From assembly GCA_010093745.1 (NCBI GenBank), contig MU005961.1:124001-188000 (forward strand): a DNA stretch of 64,000 bases, read 5' to 3'. Under the pieces are notes generated by a model. That model was not told where the DNA came from. It ran no database searches and worked only from the letters and a program-made list of their open reading frames with translations. This DNA comes from Piedraia hortae CBS 480.64 (taxonomy: Eukaryota). Below are positions 45,515 through 57,599 of the stretch, piece after piece (within the stretch, counting starts at the first letter, position 1; each line of letters begins with the position of its first letter). The position numbers and the translations under genes were made by a program.

Positions 45515-46768
45515 CTATGCTGTACCTGAGAGAGGAACTATGGACAGAATGGATGTGAGGTGTAGAGGGCGGAATGGATCCGTGACAGTTGGGCATCTTG
45601 TGACAGTGTTGGAGTGTTGTGGTGAGAGCACAGGAACCAGCGATGGATATCCGCAACGCGACGACCACCCAGTCTGGCGGGGGCCAGCTATAAAAAAAGA
45701 AGCGACTAATCTAACCAGTTCAGCAATGTCGTTTACACGACAAACGAGCCTCAACAGGCCGGAGGCACCGACAAGCATCATGCCCCGGGGCCACCGCCTC
45801 GTAGTCAGTGTTGAGAAACTTGTCCTTGGAAGTGTCTTCTTCGCAGGTGAGGCGACGGACGCCTACATACCATAGAGACTGGCAAATAAGGCATTCTGAG
45901 CTAAACTCTTTGGGGATGTGGGGAAGCGAGTTTCCGCCAATGGGAATAATGGGATGCTGGGTCACTGGTCACTCCAGTCCAAAAATGACCCGCGGACCCG
46001 ATTCCGCATGCCCCAAAATGGTTTAGCTTAGAACGCCTTGTTTGCTAGTCTCGACAGTAAGTACTTTCACGCCGGAGTGCCTATTGAGTCCATTCCCTCG
46101 CTTTTGCCAATCAAACAGAGACTGCACTCGGATCCTAAACAAGTATAGGTATAGTGCAGTAAAGGCAGAGGATGACAGCTCTATCTGATCGGCTGAAGCG
46201 GAGCATTAGGCTCAAATCGGCGGCGCGCTAGGGATCGGCCCTTCATCTTGTTGAATATTGTCAAATGACGTCCCAAGCGGATTAGGCCGGTGCAGGCCGG
46301 GAGGTGATCACGCCTCCTCAACGTTGTTGACAATACACTTGAGGAAGCCGCAACTATACTGCCATCACTCCCATCTCTTAAGTTTTTACTTCTCTATGAG
46401 AACGAGAATTGAATACGACATCTCACCTTGGTAGCCGCCTAACGTTAGTGAAACAACAGCCTTCGTTCCATTCAGTAATAGCTATACGTTGTACCTAAAC
46501 TCAGGGAAAGGTCTACGGTATAACTTGAGGATTGCACGCCGCATTGACCTTCCATACTTAAAGCCGCAAAACTAGTTCAAAAGCTTTTCGATACCCAAAC
46601 GACCGGACTGACATATCACCTTATATACACCAGTTCAGGCCTCTCAAGATGCCTGCAACGCGGTGCCACATCTGTCATAGAATTGGGACGGGCAAGTCAA
46701 CCATGAAAACGCCGTACAGTAAAGGGGTTCACTTTTTGACAGCAATGTATTAGAGGAACAAGAACAAC

Positions 46769-49634
46769 TTGAGACACGATCCGGAAGAGCACCAAGCGGC
46801 CTTGAAGTTCGAAGAATCTGAAGATGCCGATGCTTGCATGAGACTGGTCCTGGAATCGCGAGCGCAGAACCCCAAAATCATAGCTCGACAGGCCACAACT
46901 CAAGCTGCAAGCAGCGTGAATCCGGCGCCTTCCTGGAACATGAACGTCCAAACATTATACAATGATTCGCTCGAGTTTTGCATGGATGTTGACGACCAAG
47001 CTGATGGGAGAAATAAAGATCAAGAGGCGGAAGACGAAGACAATTGCAGTTACGATGAGAGTGACTGGGATTCTGAAGACGACGACACTATCATTAGCGA
47101 TGCCAGCGATATTAGCGAGTCAACTCACGAGGACGAGGATGGCGAATTTCCGACTGGTAACGAGATGTTAGACGTCGAAATTTCAGTACCGATCGACCAA
47201 GATATGCCGTATTCTTCTAGTTTTATTCCGCCGGAAAACATCGACATGAGACTCCCTCGCAACACATGGAACCTGTTTGATTGCAAAGAAGATACCCTTC
47301 TGTTTGCAATATACCATTCTCATTGTCACCCTATCAATGATACTCTGATGAAAACCTTTTTAAGAGTGGTAATGGAGCTTGCAAAGATCCCAACCAGACC
47401 CAAAGTACCCTCACTGAGAAGACCGAAGAAGTATCGTAAAACCGTTCCCAAGCCTCAGGTTATTCGTCGCGAGACCGAAGATGGGGCACCAATTTATCAG
47501 ATTAGTGTGCTTGACATTGTATGCATGCAAACCTGTAGGAACATTACAGGAGTCGCCCAGTACCCCGATGTGGTAGCGCAAGTTGCAACCTCGACTGATG
47601 GGCCTGCTTCGAAAAGTTGTTCCGAGATGTGGCACAGCACCAAGTGGCATTAGGAGCTACGTATGCAGCGACCTATGGAGATTATCTGGATCAAAGGGAG
47701 GCCAGCCAGTATTTAGCTTGGAGACGTCCTGCGAATGAGTCCATCCAGCTCGACCGAATATGCCTTGTATTACGGCCAAGAGATTCGCTTTAGCTCGCAG
47801 ACACGGGAAAACAAGAAATATCCTATTCGAGCGATTCCGCTGGTCTGTGTTAGAGCCGGTGAACGGGTGCATCCAAGGAAGCCTACGTTCTCTATCCCTA
47901 CCAAGGACGGTATATTGGAGGTGAGCGAGATGACCGTGGTTTCCTCGAAGAGACCCAAGTTATGGATACCCGGGCCAAGGAAGACGTTGAGTTTGTTCCG
48001 CAAGAAGGCACGCCGTTCCACGAGGACTTTGGTCCCTTCCTGCGGGCCCCACATCCGGCAAAGAAGTTCTGCATGAAGCATGATGCCTGTGCTGTGCAGC
48101 TCAATGTCAACTTTTGGCAGGACGGGGTAACTGCGGTGCGAGGAATACGGTGGAATGCCCTAGAAATGTGGACAATGAAATTGGCTGGATTTTCACGCAG
48201 GGTGAGTCTTGGCTGTCAATGCGAACAAATCATTGTAAGAACTGGACCTATTGTGTGATCTTGTCTAGCACAATTTTCACATCTCTGCCAACTACTATGT
48301 TGCGGTTGGTGCCAAGATGAAGGCCACCAGTATGCTCCGTGGGCTGATGCTGGATCTGGTTCGATCCACACCAGGGTTTAACTTACGAGATGTTCCATTC
48401 CCTCCTTCTGTGGCTGGATACGCTTAACCTCCCCGTAATCAAGGAAAACCTTTGGCAGCTTGCAATTCGTGCACATTCAGCCGGAAAGGACGGTTTGAGA
48501 CGTTCCCCTCACCCGACAAATCGCCAATTGGAACAAGCTGTTTACAAGCGGCGATTTTCGAAACCTACTCCAGGTCTGGCCGCTGACCCTGATCGCATAT
48601 TTTATAGCCAAAGGTGGGCTTGCGGACATGGATAACCTAATTCAATCGTGGTGCGTTGGGGGAAAGCTCAGCATGCTGCTCTACGCCACCAGCATCAGCG
48701 ACCTGCAGGAATGGTGCGATGCTGTTGAGGAGGCGAGTCGGGATCTGGTAGAGACCTGGTCAGATATATGGGGGCTTGACGCCATCAAGAGGAAGACTAA
48801 AATTCACCTTTTGTTCGATCTACCCGCAGGGACCTGGCGGCATGGGCCTGTTCTTGGAGGGACAACAAAGCGATTGGAGAGTTTGAACAAACCCTTTCGA
48901 CGCAATCTGAATATGACCAACCACAACACCCCTGATTTAGATCTCATGAACAAGTTCTCGGTCCTTCTCTCGGAACAGGACATCATTCTTGAGGGCTTGT
49001 GGCGTGGGGACAACGAATGTTTGAGGTGAGCAGGCGATGAGCTTCTCAACCTTTGCCAAGAAAAATGAATGAGGTCAGTGATTGGCCTGCCAATTCCTGA
49101 GATTTCCGGCCCTAAGACCCAACGCCTGCGCACTCAGCTTCCTGCAACGACCCAAGCCACGCACAGCAGGCTAGTCAGCACGTATGGCCTGAGCTGGAGC
49201 CGACAGAATACCGCCAATTCTCTAGATATCCCGGATCCACATCATGTGGAGTATGCTCTTTCGTGCAATGCTGGGAAAGCAGCACGATATTCCGCGTCAA
49301 CGCGCTTCTACAACAGGTTAAGACACCGCAGACGGCAATTGCCCTAGTTGAGGGGTTCCGGGCTGTGGCTCCCCAAAACACTAACAAATGCCTTTGTTCG
49401 TCGATCAAAGTTCCCTTGCTTGCCTCGACACGAGATTACAAAATCGTTCTGATAGAGAATATGGCCCGCGTTCTCAATGTCATACATTTATGTGGCGAGG
49501 GGTGTGGCGTGAAGCAGGTCTCAACGCTTATTGAAAGGAAAGGCAGATGGCCAAAGGTGATGTATGGCAGCACGAGGCAGAGAGCGCCTAGCCGCTGGAT
49601 ACTCAATGTCCATATGCTTAATCTGCATAGCTGA
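46769..49634 (+). pseudogene. CACTA/EnSpm-like (Plavaka-related) transposase, frameshifted
   Basis: WNLFDCKE..VPSL..IYQISVLDIV..QYP..SEMWHSTKW; LNVNFWQDGVTAVRGIRWNALEMWTMKLAGFSR; KTKIHLLFDLPAGTWRHGPVLGGTTKRLESLNKPFRRNLNMTNHNTPDLDL; VLNVIHLCGEGC...ILN. Confidence 0.75.
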
Positions 49635-49729
49635 TTGGCAGGCCAAGCATGACAGGGTTTTTCCACCACCGCGTGGCTTTTGACAGTTTTAATTCATTTT
49701 GCACATGTTGATGAAATGTCCCTTATTAT

Positions 49730-50093
49730 GTAGTTTCAGAACCAGGTAGTTCAGGTCCACGCTGTGTCAGTCTCGATCTTGTCACTTGATTACTTTCCCC
49801 CGGTTTCTCAGTTGTGATATTCCCATGCGGGGCATTTGAAAAATGTCGGATTTCAGCCTGGAAACTTGTCCGGTGACAGGCTTGTGCCAAGCAACCTGTC
49901 ACAATCTGCCTTAAAATTCCACAAATTTCAGACCGTGATAGCTTGAAAAGAATACTCTGTGACATCCCAATTTCAAATACCACAGGACTAAGACCATGTG
50001 ACATCCTGATCTCAGGTCTCCTGGAACTCAGACTGTGACAGCTGAAAACATGATCCTGTGGTACCCTGATTTCAGATTTCAGGTGGTGGCAGC
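49730..50093. repeat. Right subterminal repeat array of the CACTA-like element
   Basis: Repeated tttcag/ctgtgaca/tgtcac motifs ending ctgatttcagatttcagg just inside the TIR. Confidence 0.65.
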
Positions 50094-50113
50094 CTGATGC
50101 GGGATTGGCTGTG

Positions 50114-50864
50114 TAAATGAGAACGAGGCAGCCGATGATCTGGCCAAGGAGGGTAGCAAGGCCGGCCTCGACCCCGAAGCAGGGCCGACATTGGCCAGAA
50201 GCAAATCAGAGGTGAAGAGAATCCTGACTGCAGCGATCCATGAGCATTGGAAGGAGCTGGAGGCTGGGCTCTCAGACCACTACAGAAGCTGGCGGCTAGC
50301 GTTTTGGATCTGAGAGATCGATGAGCTAGCCCTGGACAGGCCAATCCTCCAGCGCCTACTAGCGCTTCAAACAGGCCACGGAGACTTCGCGGACTGCCAC
50401 CGCCGTTTCCACCACCACGACGCAGTTCTTAACCGCACCTGCGGCCGGCCAAAAGCCCCAAAGCACTTGGTGCACTGCCCGCTCGCCATTAGGCGATCGC
50501 GGCTGTGGCCCTGGTTCTGGCACGGGCCCAGGAGGGTACTAGACTACGAAGGGAGGAAAAGAAATCTTGCCGACCTGGTCAAAAGGCCCGAGCATTTCGC
50601 TGTGTTTGTGCAGAATACCGGTTTTTACCGGGAGATTTGCCCTCGCGGTTAGCGCAGCGCCAACGGGCGTCATGGGTTGTACGTTCCTCTTGCAGGCGAA
50701 GGGCGACTACAGCAGGAGGAGACCGATATGCCCTGCGGGGCTGGAGATGCTGGCTGGGGAGGTAGCAACCATACATAGCCCTAGTCTAGCACGCCCAGAT
50801 GCTCCTTGGGAGGTTGCAGCCAACCCTTAGCGGTCGAGCTATCCGGCGTAAAACAACACAAACA
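50114..50864 (+). mobile_element. Remainder of the interrupted LINE: RNase H end, C-terminal Zn knuckle, 3' UTR (family A), CAAA-type tail
   Basis: NEAADDLAKEG; LQRLLALQTGHGDFAD..RRFHH..TCGRPKAPKHLVHCP; GFYREICPRG* at 50652; tail aaacaacacaaaca. Confidence 0.85.
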
Positions 50865-51473
50865 GTAAAGGGGACGAACTGATAGTGTGAGTACACTGAG
50901 ACGTAACCATATATTTTTTTTTCTATACTGCATACATGAGGGTGTCAAAACTCAGGGCCTACATGCGGAAGGGCCCAGTCCGTCCACGGCCCGAGTCTGG
51001 AAGCCCCACTCTGCGGCACATACTCTCAGGCGTTACTGACTTTTCTATTCTCTTCTTCATGCGTTGTTCTCTGTCTACATAGGATCTACGCAGTCCTCAC
51101 GTCCATATCCCATTGCTTGGAGACTCTCACCCTTGTCTCTCATTGATCCCTCGACCCCGAACCCCTCGTCCTTAGCCTCGTGTCGTGACACAGAGGACGT
51201 TGTTCATGGTCATCACGTGACACATTCTTCAATTCAAACAAACAAACAGACAGGCGGCGATTCGTGTAGATGCCAAAGGGGCAAATGCCTCTGCGGCCCA
51301 TTGGAGGTACCAGGTCATGCAAGAGACGAAAGCCTTGATGGTAGCGGGTATTCCCCGTATTTTGGATAAATTCCTGAAATTCGGTAAAGGCAAGCATTGG
51401 GCCGGAGATAGCATGTCAAATCATATTACCTGGGTCAAACGTATGTTTCCCTTGGTTTTTGATCGGAGAAAGT

Positions 51474-51890
51474 ATGATTTGATTTGATTTGATATGATTC
51501 GATTTTTAACGCTGTGGCAGCGCGACCGCGAACGACTGGCCGCAGCCTCCCGAAAGGCATAGGGCATCCTAAGCTAGGAACTATCTACAGTATCAAAACT
51601 TACCTAGTCAGCATATCGAGCCTCGTGTGCGCGTAATATTTATTCGGCCGTCTTCCTCCTTGATATTCGGAAGTGTAGACGGCTCGCAGCGTTCCAAGGC
51701 ACAACACGGTGTTCAGCCGCGAGAGCAAACCTCGCGGTGGAACTTGGTGCTATGCAAGACCACCGCCAAATCGGCTGGTAGCCTCGCCAGTTTAGTGAGG
51801 TAGCGTAGACGGCCTGCGTAATCAAGTTGTCGGCGTGGCCCCTCGCAGAACCAGGGCCATAGACCCCAGCGGCGAACGGCCTGCACACAG
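51474..51890 (-). mobile_element. 5'-truncated LINE 3' end (family B) with (ATCAA)n tail
   Basis: Reverse complement is highly similar to 58660-59050; tail tgatttgatttgatttgat on the plus strand. Confidence 0.85.
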
Positions 51891-51900
51891 TTAATGCACC

Positions 51901-52388
51901 TCCTTTTGGAGGAAGTGGGCTGTTGGATTGAACGGCTCGCCGTCCATTGACTCGCTGGACGCGGCCCATGGACCCGCTTTGCGTCGCAGACAGTGTTTGT
52001 TTGTTTGTTTGTGTTATTTTACGCCGGGTAGCTCGACCGCTAAGGGTTGGCTGCAACCTCCCAAGGAGCATCTGGGCGTGCTAGACTAGGGCTATGTATG
52101 GTTGCTACCTCCCCAGCCAGCATCTCCAGCCCCGCAGGGCATATCGGTTTCCTCCTGCTGTAGTCGCCCTTCGCTTGCAAGAGGAACGTAAAGCCCAGTC
52201 GCAGACAGTGTGACAAGACATTTTACTTCCGTAGAAAGCGCATTATTGAGGAGATCCGCCGGCAAATCCGTGCGGGTGCATCCCCTGACAGCGTCGTTTC
52301 GGAAATGGAGAACTTCCAGAAGGCTAAAGGGCTTTCGCTCAGCAGGCTGGTGATTTGGATTACACCTGGGCAGTATTTACATGGATAA
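51901..52388 (+). mobile_element. GCR1_C-domain remnant (CryptonF-type), split by a LINE 3'-UTR insertion
   Basis: Removing 51997-52211 restores in frame FWRKWAVGLNGSPSIDSLDAAHGPALRRRQCDKTFYFRRKRIIEEIRRQIRAG...SLSRLVIWI, matching the GCR1_C pattern WxxWxxGLxGxPSI...RRKxII. Confidence 0.75.
51997..52197 (-). mobile_element. About 200-bp 5'-truncated LINE insertion (family A 3' UTR) with (CAAA)n tail and 14-bp TSD
   Basis: Perfect direct repeat GTCGCAGACAGTGT at 51983-51996 and 52198-52211; body nearly identical to 50680-50864. Confidence 0.92.
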
Positions 52389-53029
52389 TGAGATGTTTTA
52401 TGACACCCACAATTACAATACCGTGTTCGAGCCGTGATGGCATCAACATCAATCGATTCTTCCACAAAACATTGGTAGAAAGATGAGATGAGGCTGCAAT
52501 TCCAAATTTGGGAAAGAGCGCTGCACGCGGACGGGTGACCTAGTAATAATGTCTAGTGTTGCCATTATTGTTGTGATCAACCTCGCATCTATCAATCTAC
52601 TAGGAGACTGTCTAAGAAAGTATGTGTAATTATGAACAATGACTCCCCGTAATGACAGAAAACACTGTGAGTGAAAGTGGCTACCAGTCCTTTTCATCTG
52701 CCGTCTTTAATCCCTGTAACGTTTATTCCAATCCATAGTTGGTTTCCCAATGCCGTAGCAGCTCGGCCGCAGATAGCTGACACCGGAGATATCCCGCGTT
52801 TTCTAATCAGCCGAAGCAGTTTCAGCTTAAGAATAATGGCAGGTCGTTGTAAGAGATCTTGGGCAAAGTCATAAATTTTGTATGATTTAAAGTTTAGGCG
52901 ATGTCGTCCCGAAGGACTGATCGTAGCCTTTCAAGGGGCATGGAGTGAAGCAAAGTCATGAAGGCAAAGCGATCGAAGCCTTCGTTTGGAACGGAAACCT
53001 GCCTGCGACGCTTCGCCAGATCAAAAGCG

Positions 53030-54670
53030 TTAATGCATGATTTCGCTCGCAAACTTGCTGCGTGCTCGAATTTGCGGGCCATAGAAGATCAGTATCCAAG
53101 GGATGATTGTGAGCAACGCAGAAAAGCCGCCAAGGAAGCTGCCAGCGCCGTGAAACTTCATGGCCGTGAACATTTGACGGGTAAAGAGGGGAAATGAGCC
53201 TCCCATCATGTTACGACAGAAGCTCTGGGCGGCCAAAGCCGAGCTGGCGTAGCGATGGTAGGTGTCTGCCAGGTAATTGAAAACAGCAAGGTAGATGCTA
53301 AAGATGCCCATGGTGGCGCATCCTATGGCCAACGTCGGCACAATCCAATGTATAGAGCTGAAGCTGGTCCAGCCAAACCAGAAACAGCCAATGGGCAAAA
53401 GAATTGATTGTATGCAACAAAAATACAGCCGTCCTTCGGGCGAGTCAAGCAGCTCTAGGCGCTTTGTAGACATTAGTCTTCGAGCCAGTGACTCCTGATA
53501 GATACTCATCACGGTGCTGATAATGGCAGCAACGCTTATCGAGGCAAACACAGCCGTGTATTGCATGAGGTTGAAATGGTAGACCGCCTGGAATACAAGC
53601 GGGATGGCCGAGAACATGAGGTAAAGTACTGACCAGGCAAAGCTGATCCATAAACTGAAGAAGAAAACCACTGGCTCTGTTACAAGCAAGTGAAAAGGCC
53701 GGTAAAGACTGACCCCAATCATTATGCCCAAGCTCCCCCGTTCTTCGTCCGCCTTTACTTTCCACCGTATCCTGTGGGGAGTATTGTCGGGAGGTATCAG
53801 AACGCCGTAGTAGCCTGCTGCCTCCATCTCCTCGTACCATTTATTTAGAGCCTTGGCTTTGCGAGACAGTAAAACTGATCCTCTAGTCTCCTTGAAAACG
53901 AAGAACATTACAAGTATCACGGTACTAGAGATGATGACTTGGAGCCAAAATATCCAGCGCCAGGTAGTATGGTACCCAATCAAACCGCCAACTGCCGGAC
54001 CAAACCCACTGCAAAAGATGGCGGCGCCGCTAAAAAGTGTCATGGGTGTGTTTCGGTCTTTAGCGTGGTATATGTCGCTTACCACGCCTCCAACTACGGT
54101 GCTAAAGGTGCTACCAGCAAGACCACCTATGAGACGGGCAATAACCATGCCGGCAAAAGTTGGTGTGACGGCGCACACAAGGTGGGAAAGAACAAAGATG
54201 GCTCCGGTAATTAGAAATAGTGGCCGTCTCCCATTAATTTCAGATAAGGGAGCGAGCATCATGGGAGCGATAGCAAAGCCCCAGGTGTATACGGAGATAC
54301 CCACGCTCAATGCTACTACAGACAAGCCCCATTCCCTTCTCATCTGGATCTCGCCTGCAATATACGAGCCAGGAGCAAAAGCGGAGAGCAGCGTCGCAGT
54401 AACTGATATGATTGTGGTGAGCAACTTTCGCCGATACGACCACAAAAAAGGAGAGGTGTATTTCTTGAGGTTTGGGGGATCAGGCGTTGTAGGCATCGTC
54501 CCTGATGCATGCGACACCAAGGATGGGGCTGGCAGTTCCGTGTCAAACGTCAGGTACTGCCAGATGATCTCATCATCGGCACCCACTTTGCTTTTTGCCA
54601 AATGTCGGTCGACTGGCGACCCTTGTCTAGATTTCGACGTTGTAGACTTTAGTTCAATATCAGACGCCAT
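53030..54670 (-). CDS. MFS transporter, DHA1 drug:H+ antiporter-like
   Basis: 546-aa intact ORF; SPFLWS..RK, APLSEINGRRP, GGVVSDIY, WRWIFW, FKETRG, PEGRL, NYLADTYHRYASSALAA. Confidence 0.92.
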   Translation of the reverse strand: MASDIELKSTTSKSRQGSPVDRHLAKSKVGADDEIIWQYLTFDTELPAPSLVSHASGTMPTTPDPPNLKKYTSPFLWSYRRKLLTTIISVTATLLSAFAPGSYIAGEIQMRREWGLSVVALSVGISVYTWGFAIAPMMLAPLSEINGRRPLFLITGAIFVLSHLVCAVTPTFAGMVIARLIGGLAGSTFSTVVGGVVSDIYHAKDRNTPMTLFSGAAIFCSGFGPAVGGLIGYHTTWRWIFWLQVIISSTVILVMFFVFKETRGSVLLSRKAKALNKWYEEMEAAGYYGVLIPPDNTPHRIRWKVKADEERGSLGIMIGVSLYRPFHLLVTEPVVFFFSLWISFAWSVLYLMFSAIPLVFQAVYHFNLMQYTAVFASISVAAIISTVMSIYQESLARRLMSTKRLELLDSPEGRLYFCCIQSILLPIGCFWFGWTSFSSIHWIVPTLAIGCATMGIFSIYLAVFNYLADTYHRYASSALAAQSFCRNMMGGSFPLFTRQMFTAMKFHGAGSFLGGFSALLTIIPWILIFYGPQIRARSKFASEIMH

Positions 54671-55539
54671 AGTGAGTGTAGTAGACTAAAGACAGCGGCT
54701 GTAGATGGAAAATGGTCTTCAAAGCCGATCGCGCCATCCGAGAGCAACGGTTTGCTGATGACAAATGACCCCTCTCTGTTGAAAGATTAAGCAGCGCCCG
54801 TCTCGGGACGGGACGAGGACGCCGAAAGTTTGAATGAAAGAGGCTCTTTCAAGGCGCAGAGCCCAAGACAGGGGACAATAGCTGGAGGATAATAAGATGA
54901 GGGATAAGAGATTCAAGGACTGCGTAGAGCCTAAATAGACCGAGGAACGACCCATGAGGAAAGGAAAGAAGGCAGAGCAAGTGGGTTGGATTATGGCGGG
55001 CCGAGCCGATCTGCCGACCCACCTAGAAAAAAAAAAGAGATGAGTTTCCGAAGTATCATGATTCTGTTTAAGGCTAGTCCGATCGGATGACGTCCTACTG
55101 GACGAATTTCAGTACCTTATCGTCAAGGAAAAACCAGCTGTTGGTACTTTTTGATGTAGGGAGCACCTTTTTGCGGTAGGCTTATATCTTCAGTGCCAAG
55201 TGTGCAACTTAACCAAATGACTCTCCAGTCGTGTGATGATGCACAAACGCTTCCCTTATAAGTACAAACGCCTTCAAGCTTAATACCAACTCTATCGCAT
55301 ACACGTGCACAATCACTGGTCCAGGCAGGGGAATTGTCACAACACAATCGAATTTCAATGGACGGCGATAAGTACATACAACGGATGCTGACGGATTCGC
55401 AAGGTTGTTTCCTTCTCAGTGATACCGAGATCGCAGTGGATTTTGATGAAACCCTGGGTTCTGGACCGCAACATCGATAGGGTGGCTTGTCCCCAGACGA
55501 CAACCTGTTACTTGTACTTTAGGTAACCGGGCTTGGACA

Positions 55540-55830
55540 ACCACCTATAGCGACCACGGAGAGGATAGAGTAGCGGGTTTTCTGCGTTGGCTAAAGAGCC
55601 TACCACTGAACGAGATCGTACACAGCGACGGACTTCAACGGGCAAGATTGGCTAAAGAAACACCATATACTTCATCTTCTAAAGCGCACCTTTCTAACTC
55701 GGTGCGCCAAGGCACTGATATCCCAACAGCATTTGCGCGAAGATAGGAGAGAGCATCAATCAAAAGCCACGCCAAGGCCAAGAGTGTAGCTGGAGGCATC
55801 CTCACTCAAACAGATGCACTTATGGATGCA
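55540..55830 (+). mobile_element. Possible LINE RNase H N-terminal remnant
   Basis: FLRWLKSLPLNEIVHSDG resembles the FxxWL..LP...VYSDGS start of Tad1-type RNase H; short and decayed. Confidence 0.35.
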
Positions 55831-56949
55831 TAGATTATGAAAAATACGAGCCGGGAGAATCCGGCCCGCAATGTCGCTGCAACCCTAGACAAAGTCGTAC
55901 AAGAAGCTACCTCTGCCGAGAAGCTCAACAAAGATATTAGCAGCCCTTCATAGCCGTATTGTTGGAGAAACCCTGATTTCGTCGAAACACGCAGCCGCGG
56001 ACTAGAGCTTCGATAGTCAAGGCCAACATATAGGGACACGAATTAGCATTCACACCTCACCACGACCGCAAGGTCTTCACCGTAAAGCAATCCAGATGCC
56101 CTAAAGCAACCGTACACCATAAATGGCTTGATTACGAATGTCTTTAACCTTCGCGCGAGGGACATTCCAAATGTATTCTAGTAGACATTCAAAATCCGTG
56201 TGTTATCATGATGCCACAAATGTCATTCGATATATATTTCCCACTCCAAAGGTAAATAGAATCATCGCCATGAAATAATCCCCTGGCAGGTTTCCATGTT
56301 GTTCCTGATTGAACCAGCCTGATGGTGGGCAGATGATGCATGAGGTCAAAAAAGATGCCAAGAAATAAATTTTGAATTTCTCACCAGCCTCTTATATAGC
56401 CCCAGCCAGGCACGTTCAAAATGCACAATTTGCTCCAAATGAGGCGAATTTCCGACTGGTGTCATGTTAACTGATAAGTGAAACTCGCCTGCGTCTTTGA
56501 TCTGGTGCGCGACACAGCAGCAGACCAATTCAGACACCGCTTCCAAATTCGCGCTGAGAACGAAAATGTCCTACTCTGGGAGGCTTCAACGTCAGAGACG
56601 GATGATTGAGCTCCCCGTTACGGTATGTACAGACGAAGTGCAGCGTTCGGCCAACTGGGCACCACCAGCAATTTACATTGGCGTTGCTGGCGATGTTGCT
56701 CACGTTATCGGTCATTTTTTGTCACTATTACATTTTGGTTTTCAGAGGCACCCAGTCCGAAGAACACTAGCATCGCCACGTCTCAGACAACCAAATTCCA
56801 GTTCTTATGAAAGTAATGGCACCTGAGATGCAAGCAATGCCAAGAGATACCTCAATCAATGTCGATGTGGCGAGAGGGGCCTTGTCCGTTTAGGAGAGGA
56901 TACCGATCGTTCTCTTTTTCAGAAATTCGAACAGTCACACCGAGTTGGT

Positions 56950-57530
56950 AGCTGTGCCAGGAGTTCGTTTCAAGACTCGACCTGCAAATTTGCAAGCTCG
57001 ATGCCAAACACCCATCAAGTCACAGGTTTGACGATATGAGCCCTCCGGCACGCCGAGCTGGTGAGACGGTCAAATGATCTTGCGGCGTGCGGGCAAACTT
57101 ATCGATCAGCTCGTACTAGGCATTCCACACCTTTGATAAGGCAGACGAAGGTCGTGAGGTGAGAGTGAGATGGTATCTCGGGCAAACAGGCGTCAAAGAA
57201 CGAACTTGTCGACCAGCTAACCGAAGGCGGCTGTCATACAGTCCACCTCGACTGGTTTGCTTCGGAACGGCCAGAATATCTGTTCGCAGATCGCAAGTGA
57301 ATGCTTCTACGAGACTGTCGACACGCACCCGCTGCAACACTGGTTCGAGACAACAAACCCAACAATAAGACAAAGTACATCTGCGTACAATTTCACTACG
57401 TACGGGAACTTTTCTCCGGAGGAGGATTCACGCCCCACCATGTTCCTTTACGCCAAAACATTGCCGACATCATTACCAAAGATCTCCCTCGACACCTGTT
57501 TGAACACTTCGCAAAGGGGTAAAGGATGAG
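56950..57530 (+). mobile_element. Ty1/copia pol (RNase H end) remnant
   Basis: KTKYICVQFHYVRE...HHVPLRQNIADIITKDL matches copia TKHIDxxYHFVRE...NxADxLTKPL; no LTR seen. Confidence 0.75.
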
Positions 57531-57599
57531 GACTGTTGGACGGCAGTCGCCGAGACCCAGGCCGTCATCAAGCCGGCCTTGCAAGTGATACTAAGCACG

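Larger units (their letters stand above)
43391..50113 (+). mobile_element. 6.7-kb CACTA/EnSpm (CMC)-like DNA transposon, both ends present, coding decayed
   Basis: TIRs 43391-43410 CTCAGCCAATCCCGCACCAG and 50094-50113 (reverse complement CACAGCCAATCCCGCATCAG), 18/20 identical. CTGAAA/TTTCAG-rich subterminal arrays at both ends; internal transposase motifs; interrupts a LINE RNase H. Confidence 0.85.

Noticed and set aside
50936..50995. hAT-like terminus gagggtgtcaaaactcagggcc
   Set aside because: No partner inverted repeat or 8-bp TSD found in the window.
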